A stretch of DNA of 33,427 nt from Octopus bimaculoides. Lineage: Eukaryota. A program made the translations under genes and the position numbers. The notes below the pieces were generated by a model. It was not told the origin of the DNA. It was given only the letters and a program-made list of their open reading frames with translations, and searched no databases. The DNA lies in the NCBI RefSeq assembly GCF_001194135.2, contig NC_069005.1, positions 17,710,728 through 17,744,154 of the forward strand, written 5' to 3'. Positions 12,110 to 22,289 of this stretch are shown here, piece by piece (positions within the stretch are counted from its first letter, which is position 1; each line of letters begins with the position of its first letter).

Positions 12110-12195
12110 NNNNNNNNNNTAGGATAAAATTAATAATTAATAATTTTACCAAGTAGTTCGGTATGTTAAAAGAACCATTATCGGTAAACTTATAT

Positions 12196-12737
12196 AAAAA
12201 TTTTATAATTATAAGCATAATTATAATTAGGGTTCAGCAAAATTGCTTCACCACATACCGAAATTTAGAAGTAGCAGTTAAATACTATTTCACTACTATA
12301 AGATATCTCCCAGACAGCAATACTCCCAACTCATGCAGGCAAAGAGGGTGATTGGGGAAGAATATGAGTTCTCACTCGTCTATATAAATTCAGAAGTACT
12401 GGTTTTTGGATATAAGCTATTCGATGGTGCTTGGTCGAATACATATTTTAATTATTAGTACTCTCAAATTTATGATTGAAATACTATACTGAAGACGGAA
12501 ATAAGTGAGTAAAGATGATATTTTACATCTCTTTAATCCAGAAACGCGTTTATAGTTGATCAAAGCCGGGTGGATTCGTTATTTTTTTCTCTTTGCCTGC
12601 GGGATTTGGGAGTATTGCTGTCTGGGAGATATCTTATGGTAGTGGAATAGTATTTAACTGGTATTTCTAAATTTCAGTATGTGTGAAGCAATTTTGCTGA
12701 ACCCTAATTATAATTATGCTTATAATTATAAAAGTTT

Positions 12738-12738
<1 letters not shown>
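12196..12738. mobile_element. Foldback element with about 150-bp inverted arms (12196-12346 and 12589-12738) around a 242-bp spacer
   Basis: Arms are reverse complements with about 10 differences by eye (ataattagggttcagcaaaattgc...gcaggcaaagag versus ctctttgcctgc...gcaattttgctgaaccctaattat). Confidence 0.88.
12483..12556 (+). ncRNA. Type I hammerhead ribozyme motif in the foldback spacer
   Basis: ACUAUA-CUGAAGA-c-GGA...(agaug/caucu)...UCC-a-GAAA-CGCG-UU-UAUAGU. This gives a 6-bp stem I, both core boxes, a palindromic ACGCGU stem III and a GUU triplet, with a C.A mismatch closing stem II. Confidence 0.72.
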
Positions 12739-12789
<51 letters not shown>

Positions 12790-12964
12790 ATTAGTAACAG
12801 GATTCATTAGAGTCTATATGCATCGTCAATGTTTATACATGTTTAAAATTTTACCCAAAGATGGTGGTTCTATACTATGGTGTTATCTATGAACATATCA
12901 ATAAAATTATACCAAAACAGCTGTAGTAAATTTTAAACTCCATTTGTTATTCTTTTTATATAAT

Positions 12965-12992
12965 ACTAGCAGTACCCATGGAAATTCCATGG
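12965..12992 (-). mobile_element. Orphan Helitron-type 3' terminus
   Basis: Minus strand reads CCATGGAATTTCCATGG (hairpin), 6 nt, then CTAG followed by T. Confidence 0.55.
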
Positions 12993-13085
12993 TTATTTAT
13001 TGTATGATGAAATTGTATATTTTCCTGAAACATTTTATTCTTGAGATGTAAAAATCTACACTGTATCTAGACTGTACTGAAGCAC

Positions 13086-13255
13086 CAACCAACCAACCAA
13101 CCAACCTACCTACCTACCTACCTACCTACCTACCTACCTACCTAACCACCCACCCACCCACACACCCACACACCCACCTACCTACCTACCTACCTACCTT
13201 CCTTCCTACCTACCTACCTGCCTACCTACCTATCTATCTATCTATCTATCTACCT
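13086..13255. repeat. Compound tetranucleotide microsatellite (ACCA/ACCT/ACCC/ATCT)n
   Basis: Direct reading of the sequence. Confidence 0.95.
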
Positions 13256-13449
13256 AGAGTAGACATGTATATAGGTAGACAGATTTCAGAGAGATTTGGC
13301 TGCCACTTCTAGCAAATTATGTTCCTTCGTCATCTCATAATGTTAGAATGTCCTGGGTATGACTGTGTCCTGAGGATGAGCGTGCCCTGAGGATAAGTAT
13401 GCCCTGAGAATGAATGTATTCTACATTAAATATTAGTATTTCCTGAAGA

Positions 13450-13887
13450 CAACACACAAACATCTATCCTACACTTAAAGAGAAGGGAAGTTGTGGAAGA
13501 GGGAGAACCAGGAAGACATGAGACAAAGTATTGACGGCTAATCTCAAAATGCTGAGCCTTACAAAGGAGATGATAGAGGACTGAGATATGTGGAGCATTG
13601 CTGTACTCAAGAAGACCTGCCCACCATAACACAATTGATATCCAAAAACCAAGGCGATATGCAAAAAGCATTGGTGTGGGTGTTGGTGCCGTGTAAAAAG
13701 CACTGATGCTGGTGCCATGTAAAAAGCCTTCTGTAAAGTGGCTGCTGTTAGGAAAGGCTGTAGAAACCAAGCCAAAACAGAGTATGAGATTTGATGTGGT
13801 CCCTGGCTTTGCTAGCTCTTGTCAAGCCATCCAACCCAAGCTAGCATGGAAAGCAAACATTAAATGACAATGATGATGATGATGATT
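13450..13887 (+). mobile_element. RTE 3' fragment running into a SINE-like tail ending in (GAT)n
   Basis: gggagaaccaggaagacatg...gatgctgagccttacaaaggagatg matches the other RTE copies. It ends ...ccatccaacccaagctagcatggaaagc...gatgatgat like the SINE copies. Confidence 0.65.
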
Positions 13888-14021
13888 CATTAAGACAGTA
13901 ATCATAGCAGCTGGAATGGATATTAGATGAAAATAGGAATGTGTGCATGTGTACTTATACATTTCTATATATGTATGTATACATACATATATGTATCAAT
14001 TATCATATATCAATTAATTAT

Positions 14022-14156
14022 ATGGTTGGCGTTAGGAAGGGCATCCAGCTGTAGAAACTCTGCCAAATTAGATTGGAGCCTGGTGTTGCCATCCGGTTGC
14101 ACCAGTCCTCAGTCAAATCGTCCAACCCATGCTAGCATGGAAAGCGGACGTTAAAC

Positions 14157-14189
<33 letters not shown>
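14022..14189 (+). mobile_element. 5'-truncated SINE with (GAT)n tail and 22-bp target-site duplication
   Basis: TTATCATATATCAATTAATTAT occurs at 14000-14021 and 14190-14211. The body ...ccaacccatgctagcatggaaagcggacgttaaacgatgatg recurs elsewhere in the window. Confidence 0.88.
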
Positions 14190-14191
<2 letters not shown>

Positions 14192-14259
14192 ATCATATAT
14201 CAATTAATTATTAATTTTTACCCTATATCTACATATATGTATATAAATAATTGGTTCCC

Positions 14260-14790
14260 GAAATGAGGTGGGTACAAGGCTGCCAGAGTTCTGTGATTCG
14301 AATGACCTAATGATCTGCAACACTAACTTCATGAAGCCAGCCAGTCACATGATAACCTATAAATCTGGTGACCATACTAGCCAGGTTGACTACATTCTTA
14401 CCAGAAAGCAGAATTCATGGCTACTCATAAATGCAAAGGCCTTCCCTGGAGAAGAATGTACCCCACAGCATAGGTTACTCATTGGGGACTTCAGGTTACT
14501 GACTCAAAGGATTCCAAGAAGCAAGCCAGTTTGGAAAAGAAGGGTATGGAAGCTTAAGGATCCTGTGATTAGTCAGAGATTTAGAGATGTCCTAAATGAA
14601 GCATATAATGAGAAGGAGGAAGAGTTACAGACTTGTAGCATAGAGGGTAAGTGGAAGTTCCTACAGGAAAACTTGCTGAGAGCCTCAAACCAAATTTGTG
14701 ACTGGTACAAAGTGCCAGCAACGCCTAGGGTGATGTGGTGGTGGAACAGTGTAGTTAACAGTGCTATTAGAGCAAAGAAACAGGCTTGGA
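14260..14790 (+). mobile_element. RTE LINE fragment: C-terminal half of the AP endonuclease plus linker
   Basis: GTRLPEFCDSNDLMICNTNFMKP...TYKSG...SQVDYIL...FPGEECTPQHRLLIGDF, with the APE IDY and (S)DH-equivalent motifs. Confidence 0.88.
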
Positions 14791-15157
14791 AGGACTTCCA
14801 CACACAAAGAGGAATTTGGAATCTTCTTTTTTTGATGTTATATATTTACCATTTCAGGGGCTCATTTGCTAATAGGAATTACAAAGTTTTACATGTAAGG
14901 AATTTCCCGTTGGAAATTTTTCAGACAGAGAAATTAGATAATATGAAAATGAAACACATGTAATGGTGAATAAATAATATAAAAAAATTTCCAATTTCCT
15001 ATTTTGTTACAAAAATAATATTTCCATAATTCTCAATTTTAATATGTATTTTAAACTAGCATACAACAACTGGGAGTACATATTAGATTGTAATAATGGA
15101 ATGAGCAGATGTGCTTCAAAAGGAAACAGCTAGGATTTACCCATATGTACATATATA

Positions 15158-16397
15158 CAGGGGTTGGACAAAATAATGGAAACACCTAGCAACATAGCAT
15201 CATAATTTTGAAATATCTATAAAACTGTCAAAAGCTTGTTTATCTTTATGTTTTTTAATTTATTATTAGTGTTGCTAAATACGTTTTGCAAAAAATTGCT
15301 GTTTCTTTTCAGATATCATCAGAAAAAGGTAATTAAAATTCATTAAAATGACAGATCTATCAAACTTTCAAAAAGGTCAAATTGTTGGTGTTCGTATGGC
15401 AGGTGCTAGCATAACGAAAACAGCCAAAATGTTTGGTGTATCAAGAAGTACTGTCTCAAAAGTAATGACAGCCTTTGAGAAAGAGGGGAAAACCTCCTCA
15501 TTGAAACAAAAACTCCAGAAGAAAACCAAAACTTTCAGATAGGGACCATTGAACTCTTACACGAATTGTTAGAAAGGATCACAAAAGTACAGCTCCCAAA
15601 ATTACTGCAGAGTTTAATGACCACCTCAAGAACCCAGTTTCCACAAAAACTGTTCGCCGGAAGCTGCACAAAGCCAGATTTCATGGGAAGGCTGCAACCG
15701 GAAAACCACTTCTTTCAAAAACAAACGTTGCAAAGAGTTTAGAGTAAAGTAAAAACCTACAGAATTGGTCTCTAGAGCAGTGGAAGAATGTTATTTTCTC
15801 GGACGAGTCATTCTTTACCTTATTTCCAACCAGTGGCTGAGTATACGTGTGGAGACAGCCAAAAGAAGCTTTGACCCAGACTGCCTTCTTCCATCTGGGG
15901 AGCTATATCTTGGAAATCTGCCTGCCCAATGGTTTCCCTTCATAGCAGAGTTAATAGGCAAGACTAATTAAGCATTTTATCTGATCAAATTCATCCTATG
16001 GTTGCAGAACTGTTTCCGGAGGGAAAAGCAAGCTTTCGGGATGATAATGCACCATTTCACACAGGTAAAGTTGTTACTGAATGGCACGAGGAACATTCTA
16101 GTGAAGTTGAACATCTTATTTGGCTACCACAGTCCCCAGATCTCAATATTATTGAACATTTATGATGCATTTTAGAAAAACAAGTAAGGAGTCGATATCC
16201 TCCTCCATCATCACTACAAGAACTGGAGACTGCTTTAGCAGAAGAATGGACAAAAATTCCTTTGGAAACAATTCAAACTTTGTACGAGTCCATACCTTGT
16301 AGAATTCAAGCTGTAATTACTACCAAAGGCGGTCCTACCCCATATTAAAATAAATTTGTTTGAAATTTTAAGGTGTTTCCATTATTTTGTCCAACCC

Positions 16398-16400
<3 letters not shown>
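15158..16400 (+). mobile_element. Complete Tc1-like transposon, 1243 bp, DD36E transposase pseudogene
   Basis: Perfect 30-bp TIRs CAGGGGTTGGACAAAATAATGGAAACACCT with TA flanks. Transposase motifs MTDLSNFQKGQIVG, VIFSDES and DDNAP...SPDLNIIE, with 36 residues between D and E. Frameshifts and stops are present. Confidence 0.93.
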
Positions 16401-16456
<56 letters not shown>

Positions 16457-16559
16457 TGCATACATACATACATACATACATACATACACACATATATGCA
16501 AATAATACTTACACACATACCCACATACATACAACACACATATATACAAATCAAAACTA

Positions 16560-16807
16560 TTCATGCAGAAATTTCATCAATGGAATTATTCAAAAACTTG
16601 TGTAAAATGAAATTGTTAGTAAAAAACCTGGTTATAGAGATAACTTATAGAAAGAAAATGGATATGAAGATATACGAAACTAACAAGGATTATCTCCTAA
16701 TAAACTATACTGGGGTATCTTAAAAAACAGACATGGAGCATCTTATAAGAACAGAGACCCCCAAGAGAAATTTTGTAAAGCCTATGGAGTGGAGGAGGAG
16801 TTCAAAA

Positions 16808-16878
<71 letters not shown>

Positions 16879-17520
16879 ATGCAGATTTTAAGAGGAAGCT
16901 CATCAAATATTCTTGGGCGCCACCTTGGCTCACCAGGTCCCAGACCAATGCACCTACTATATTCTCCTTCTTATAGGACCTTTATATGAAACAGTCATGG
17001 GATATCTTATAATAAATATGAGTCATTTTTCACTTTATTTGAAAGAAAAATATTTAAAAACAAACAAAAACAGTACAGTAGATGAGGGGCATGAAGCACT
17101 GCAAAGCACAAGGACCAGGAGGTAAAGTTATTCACTGAACACCACTGACAAGCCATTATCAGAAACTGAGCAGCAATAGTAAAGCAAGGAGAAAGGATTT
17201 AGAAAAACCAAAACTGAGGCCAAATTGAAACAATTGTATAAAGAATGAGGAAACAGGTTATGTGACATTGAAAAATCCCTGTTTACCTGAGTTAAATGGT
17301 ATGGCCTAGATGAAACTTCAAAGACACTTAGACTGGGGTAAATATATACAGGGGTTCCATATATGATATCCCTGTTAGGTATCAGCTTATGAGGAGAATT
17401 TTAAGCTAAGATGTAACCTATAAAAAGAAATAAATAGTAAAGTAACTTTTTTAAGTTGTCAAGAAATAATATATCAAACTCAGAAATTAGAGTTAAGACA
17501 TGAAACAACTTCGATGGTTC
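16560..17520 (+). mobile_element. Possible very degenerate LINE RT remnants split by (TG)n
   Basis: Short RT-like words only (YGVEEEFKI; GMKHCKAQGPG). Confidence 0.3.
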
Positions 17521-17779
17521 CATGTTATTCAAGACTTCAACAATCGTAGCACTATAACTGACTAACAGAATAGTTGTAGTAGTGTGGGGAAATTTCAGAT
17601 TACAACTGAGTCTGATAACATTTTAGTCTTTTGTTTTCTACGCTTTTTCCCCCTCATCTTTTCTTTCTCTTTTTCAGTAAGATTGTGGATCTATCTTATA
17701 TCATTAAGAACTCTGTGTTATGAAACTACTGGGTTTATCAATCCCCACTTCAATATCTTACACCTATGTAGATTTGCTT

Positions 17780-18960
17780 AAAAGTTCATAGGTTGACCAA
17801 GATACTCTCATGGAATGGGACCAAATGGGGTTAATTTTTCAACACAGTCCCCCTTTCAATTCACACACTTCTTCCATTGTAGTTGCAGTGCTTGCATCCT
17901 ATTGAAGAAGCAGTCATGCTGTTGGTCAAAAAAGTCAGCAGCAGCAGCAGATATGACATCATCAACACTGTGATATTGGTTCCCAGTCAAGTGTTTTTTC
18001 ATGTTGGGGAGCAAATAATAATCAGATGATGACAAATCAGGAGAATTTGGATGGTGATCAACCAGTTCAAAGCCACAGTCATCCACAGCAGCTATTCAAA
18101 TGAAGGACTTATGTGCTGGAGTTTTGTCCTATTGAAACAAGAACCATTTCATTAGTTTTCCCCGGATGTTTGGTCATGATAGTCTTTCATAACTGCCTCA
18201 GCAAGTTGGTACAGTACTCTTAATTGATGGTGTGGCACTTTTGAAGATAGTCAATAAACACAATGCCTTTTGCATCTCAATAGACTGAGGCCATCACCTT
18301 TTCTACAAATGAAATGACCTTGGCCTCCTTTGCAGCAGGTAAGGAAGGATGTTTCCACTGCATGAATTGTCTCTGAAAGTGATGAAGCCAACACTCATCC
18401 TGAGTTGGGAAATATTCAAGGAAACCAGTTGGATATGCCTCAAACAATGTCACATTTTCCCATAATGTGATCAGCCTGGTGATCAGGTGTCAGAAGACGT
18501 GGCACCCACTAAGCAGAAACCTCCGTCATGCCCAGTTCATTATGTAGAATATTTTCAACTCTCTCACAGAATATGCTTATAGCATTGGCTATCTGATTTA
18601 CAGTCAATCACCTGTGGTGAACACAATCAATGTTTTCTCTGGTGGTGGCAGTTGCTGGACCTTCACACCTTAGGTGATCTTCAAGATTCTCTCTTTCTCT
18701 CCTAAATTCAGCTGCCCACTTTTGCACTGTTGATAAAGCTGGAGCATCATCCCTTAATGTAGCAACTATGTCAGCATGAATACCTTTGGGGGCTAAGCCA
18801 TTTTTCTGCTGGTGCTTGATAATACCACAATGCCAAATTTTGTCCATTTTCAAGAGAAGTCACTTCTAGTTACTTTGGAAGTCTTCTTTGAACAGTCAGA
18901 TGTCAGTTTCCTGGAAAAAACACAGTGCAGTTATCTAAGTGAACTGAAGCAAGTGAAGGG
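17780..18960 (-). mobile_element. Degenerate mariner transposon
   Basis: MDKIWHCGIIK...ALSTVQKWAAEFRR...LED, WVP-like gtgggtgccacg and HHPNSPDLSSSDYYLLPNMKKHL...WKKCV. TIRs eroded. Confidence 0.85.
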
Positions 18961-19029
18961 GTCTGAATTGTAAGGACGTAAAACAGTAATTCCTTAAATA
19001 AGGTGAGGAGTGAGGACTATTAATATCTA

Positions 19030-19190
19030 CACTTTATGACATTTGATAAGGGGTCTACAAACAGCTTGTTCTTTATGACATTAGAAAAGGGGTCTGCTAA
19101 TTTCTATCCTTTGTGGCATTAATTAAATGTCTACACAAACATTTTGTCCTTTATGGCATTAGTTGAAAATTTACTAATGCATTGTTGTTT
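19030..19190. repeat. Degenerate minisatellite, about 39-bp unit, about 4 copies
   Basis: ctttatgacatt...ggggtct units recur with divergence. A separate 14-bp aagtcataacaaga repeat lies at about 19364-19425. Confidence 0.6.
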
Positions 19191-20032
19191 GTAACATTGG
19201 AATACTCTGAAAAAGAGGATGTCCAATCACAAGGACTAAAATATTTTCTTGCATTGGAAACAAGTTAAACAAACTTGGTTCATAGATATGGCAGTTGGTG
19301 GTAGATTCTTTAAGAAAATAATTACAAAAACATCATAACTAGAACTTCGACAGAGTAAGTCATACAAAAGTCATAGTAAGAATAGTCATAACAAGAAAGT
19401 CATAACAAGAAAGTCATAACTAGAAATCTGGCAGAACAAGATTTTAAGAAGAGCCAGTTGGACAGAGTTAAAAGCAAAATGAAAGACTAAATCTATAATT
19501 AACAAACATTTTGCTAGGTGTTCTCGGTTCAAATCCTGCTAGGGGTCACTTAGACTTTCATCTTTCTGATAAGATTACAAATAATATAGTGGGTTAATTA
19601 GTCAAACAGTAAACTGTATTACTGCTATTGTTGTTTGACTCCTAGATCTCAACTTTGATCCAGATAGATCTCTGGTCAAAGGCATTCCAGACATGATTAT
19701 TTTGTCTTTTACTTGGGTCTAGTGTATCTAGGACTAAACTATTTAATGTATCCTGTCTTTACTTCAGATATAACGTATCTAGCACTACTTATCCTGGGTG
19801 TCCAGCTTTTTATTCTGACATAGTATTATGTATTCTTAATTATTTCTTCTACTTTTATTTGTAGCAAAACATTGATTTGGTGTAGCCACTGTGATCTAAG
19901 ATATTCCTGTTATGACCATCCTGCCTATTCAGGCATAGTGTATCTAGAGTTATATCATCCAGTCTCTCGTGCCTTTAATTCACACATAGTATATATCATC
20001 TAGGATTACAGTATTCAATGTAGTATGACTTG

Positions 20033-20094
<62 letters not shown>

Positions 20095-20244
20095 NNNNNN
20101 NNNNNNNNNNNNNNNNNNNNNNNNNNNNNNNNNATATCTCCACAATGTGTTGATGAGATAAACATGTAATCGCTACCAATATAGCAAGAGATTTCTCCGC
20201 AAAGGTCTAAAGTAGACTCCTTATGGATTGATCTCCTTGGTTAT

Positions 20245-20540
20245 ATATCAAAAATTTAAATGTGAGTTTTGACACTAATATCCATTATTATTGAAGTTTA
20301 TTCCTATGTCAACATTTCTGTATAAGGTTATATTTAACTGTCAGATTCAAGTTAGATAAATAAATTACAGAAATGTTGACATAGGAATAAACTTCAATAA
20401 TGATGGAGCCTGGTGTTGCCATCCGGTTTCACCAGTCCTCAGTCAAATCGTCCAACCCATGCTAGCATGGAAAGCGGACATTAAACGATGATGATGATGA
20501 TGATGATTAGCGTCAAAACTCTCATTTAAATTTTTGATAT
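20245..20540. mobile_element. MITE-like foldback (about 80-bp arms) with a SINE inserted in the right arm
   Basis: Left arm atatcaaaaatttaaatgtgagttttgacactaat...gtcaacatttctgta. Right arm tacagaaatgttgac...aatgatgga[SINE]attagcgtcaaaactctcatttaaatttttgatat. Confidence 0.82.
20405..20506 (+). mobile_element. 5'-truncated (GAT)n-tailed SINE
   Basis: Near-identical to the 3' 100 bp of the 14022-14189 copy. Confidence 0.88.
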
Positions 20541-20541
20541 T

Positions 20542-20555
<14 letters not shown>

Positions 20556-20615
<60 letters not shown>

Positions 20616-20845
20616 TACACACACGCGCACACACACACATACATATACATACACACATACACACATGTATGTATGTGTGAGAGAGTGTGTGTGTGTGTGT
20701 GTATGTGTGTATGTGTGTATGTATGTGTATGAATGTGTGTATGTATGTGTATGAATGTATGTATGTATGTATGTATGTGTGTGTATATGTATGCATGTGT
20801 ATGTGTGTGTATGTATGTATATGTATGTATGTGTATATGTATGTG
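20556..20845. repeat. Compound (AT)n/(AC)n/(ATGT)n microsatellite, representative of many (1-24, 12051-12109, 12739-12783, 16401-16495, 16812-16877, 20035-20094, 24170-24630, 25307-25440, 26705-26746, 30052-30218, 30715-30756)
   Basis: Direct reading. N gaps near 12110, 20095-20133 and 24581-24590 abut (AT)n runs. Confidence 0.95.
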
Positions 20846-20879
20846 GATGGGTTAAAATAAAAAATGAAAAGGCAAAACG

Positions 20880-20962
20880 CCATATGCCCGAGGGCGTAGT
20901 GGTTAAGAGCGCGGGCTACTAACCCCAAGATTCCGAGTTCAATTCCAAGCAGTGACCTGAAC

Positions 20963-20994
<32 letters not shown>

Positions 20995-21193
20995 CAACAA
21001 CATCGAAAAATACCTTAGGAATGAGAACCCAGGTTCGAAATTTCCTCAAGACGCCTGAAGAAGGCTGGAGGGTATATCAGCTAAAACGTGTTTACAACAA
21101 ACAAGATGAGGACAAATATCCGTCCGTTGAATGTAATTAATGTAAATAATGTAGATAATGCACATAATTCCTCATCTCTTAAATATAGAACTG
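20880..21193 (+). mobile_element. tRNA-derived SINE with internal (AAT)n and a decayed hammerhead-like motif in its 3' half
   Basis: A box (gggcgtagtggttaag) and B box (gagttcaattcc), then CTGAAGA-A-GGCTGG agggtata TCAGCT-AAAAC at 21055-21087. Confidence 0.78.
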
Positions 21194-22082
21194 AATAATA
21201 AAGTTATCGGTGAAGTCCCATTAGCAGTTTCAAGCAGTCTCAACACCACAATTTTGAGTCGCAGTTCAAGCTGGAGTTTAGTGGTAACCAAACTGAGCAC
21301 TCATAGTACAAACTTATTATATAACATCAGTTGACAAAACTCCTTGTATACTATCTATATATGTATGTATGTATGTATGCATGTACATATGTACATACAT
21401 TCAATACATTGCTTAGAGGTTAGGATATTCTGTTCACAACTGAAAAAAATATTGAGTTGTCAAATAAATTCAGTTCTTTTTCTCCAATGTTATTTGAATT
21501 AACATGGAAAATATTTTTTCATCGTATTTTGTTTTATTTTTGCTTTTTTTTTTTGTAGCTCTATTCTTTCTCTTCAAATTTTGTTTATCATTTTTGAAAT
21601 TTGAATAAATTTTACTTCTTTAGACATATGATGATAGAGTGCCAAGTAGGAACTATCTCAGTGTTTATCATTCATAGTAACATTTTTTTTTATTTGTAAT
21701 AGAAATAAATGCTTTTATCAAACATCACAAACAGAATTTTGTTTTTTTATCATAACAAACATGAAGCATTCTCCTCTTGTGTTCAAAGATTCTTTAAGAC
21801 CTTTTGATTTTACCACAAATCAAAATGCAGTAATACAAATCCTTTTATATAATTCTCTTACATATTACTCTCATTCATACATACTAGAGATACTGCAAAA
21901 GCTCATTTAACTTATTTAACTTATTTAATTCAATATATTTATTTTATTTTATTTGATCTTTTTTAACCTTGTTATTCATCACTTAATTTCTATAGCGAGT
22001 ACATAATATATTTTTATTCTTCACACAACTTACAATTTATGTATTACCTACTTAAATACTAGTTAAATTAAATCAATATTCT

Positions 22083-22245
22083 TTTATTCTTTTACTTGTT
22101 CCAGTCATTTGACTGCAGCCATGCTGGAGCACTGCCTTAAAGGATTTTTAGTCAAAGAAATCGACTTATTCTTTGTAAGCCTAATACTTATTTCATTGGT
22201 CTCTTTTGCCAAACCGCTAAGTTACAGGGATGTAAACACACCAAC
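22083..22245 (-). mobile_element. SINE fragment (Nin/Deu-domain-like family)
   Basis: Minus strand ...aacttagcggtttggcaaaagagacc...aagtattaggcttacaaagaataagtcg...gctccagcatggctgcagtcaaatgactggaacaagtaaaa resembles a recalled octopus SINE. Confidence 0.55.
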
Positions 22246-22289
22246 ATCCTATCAACTCTAGATGACTCCCACTCCCATATATTTGACAT

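Noticed and set aside
15300-15322. CTGATGA-TATCT-GAAA on the minus strand inside the Tc1 element
   Set aside because: Only 5 nt lie between the core boxes, so stem II cannot form, and there is no stem I. CTGATGA near 6337 also lacks a GAAA partner.
20320-20366. Hammerhead in the spacer of the 20245-20540 foldback
   Set aside because: There is no CUGANGA box on either strand.
20885-20955. Functional tRNA gene
   Set aside because: A and B boxes are present, but there is no acceptor-stem pairing, the anticodon stem is imperfect, and the sequence continues into a SINE body.
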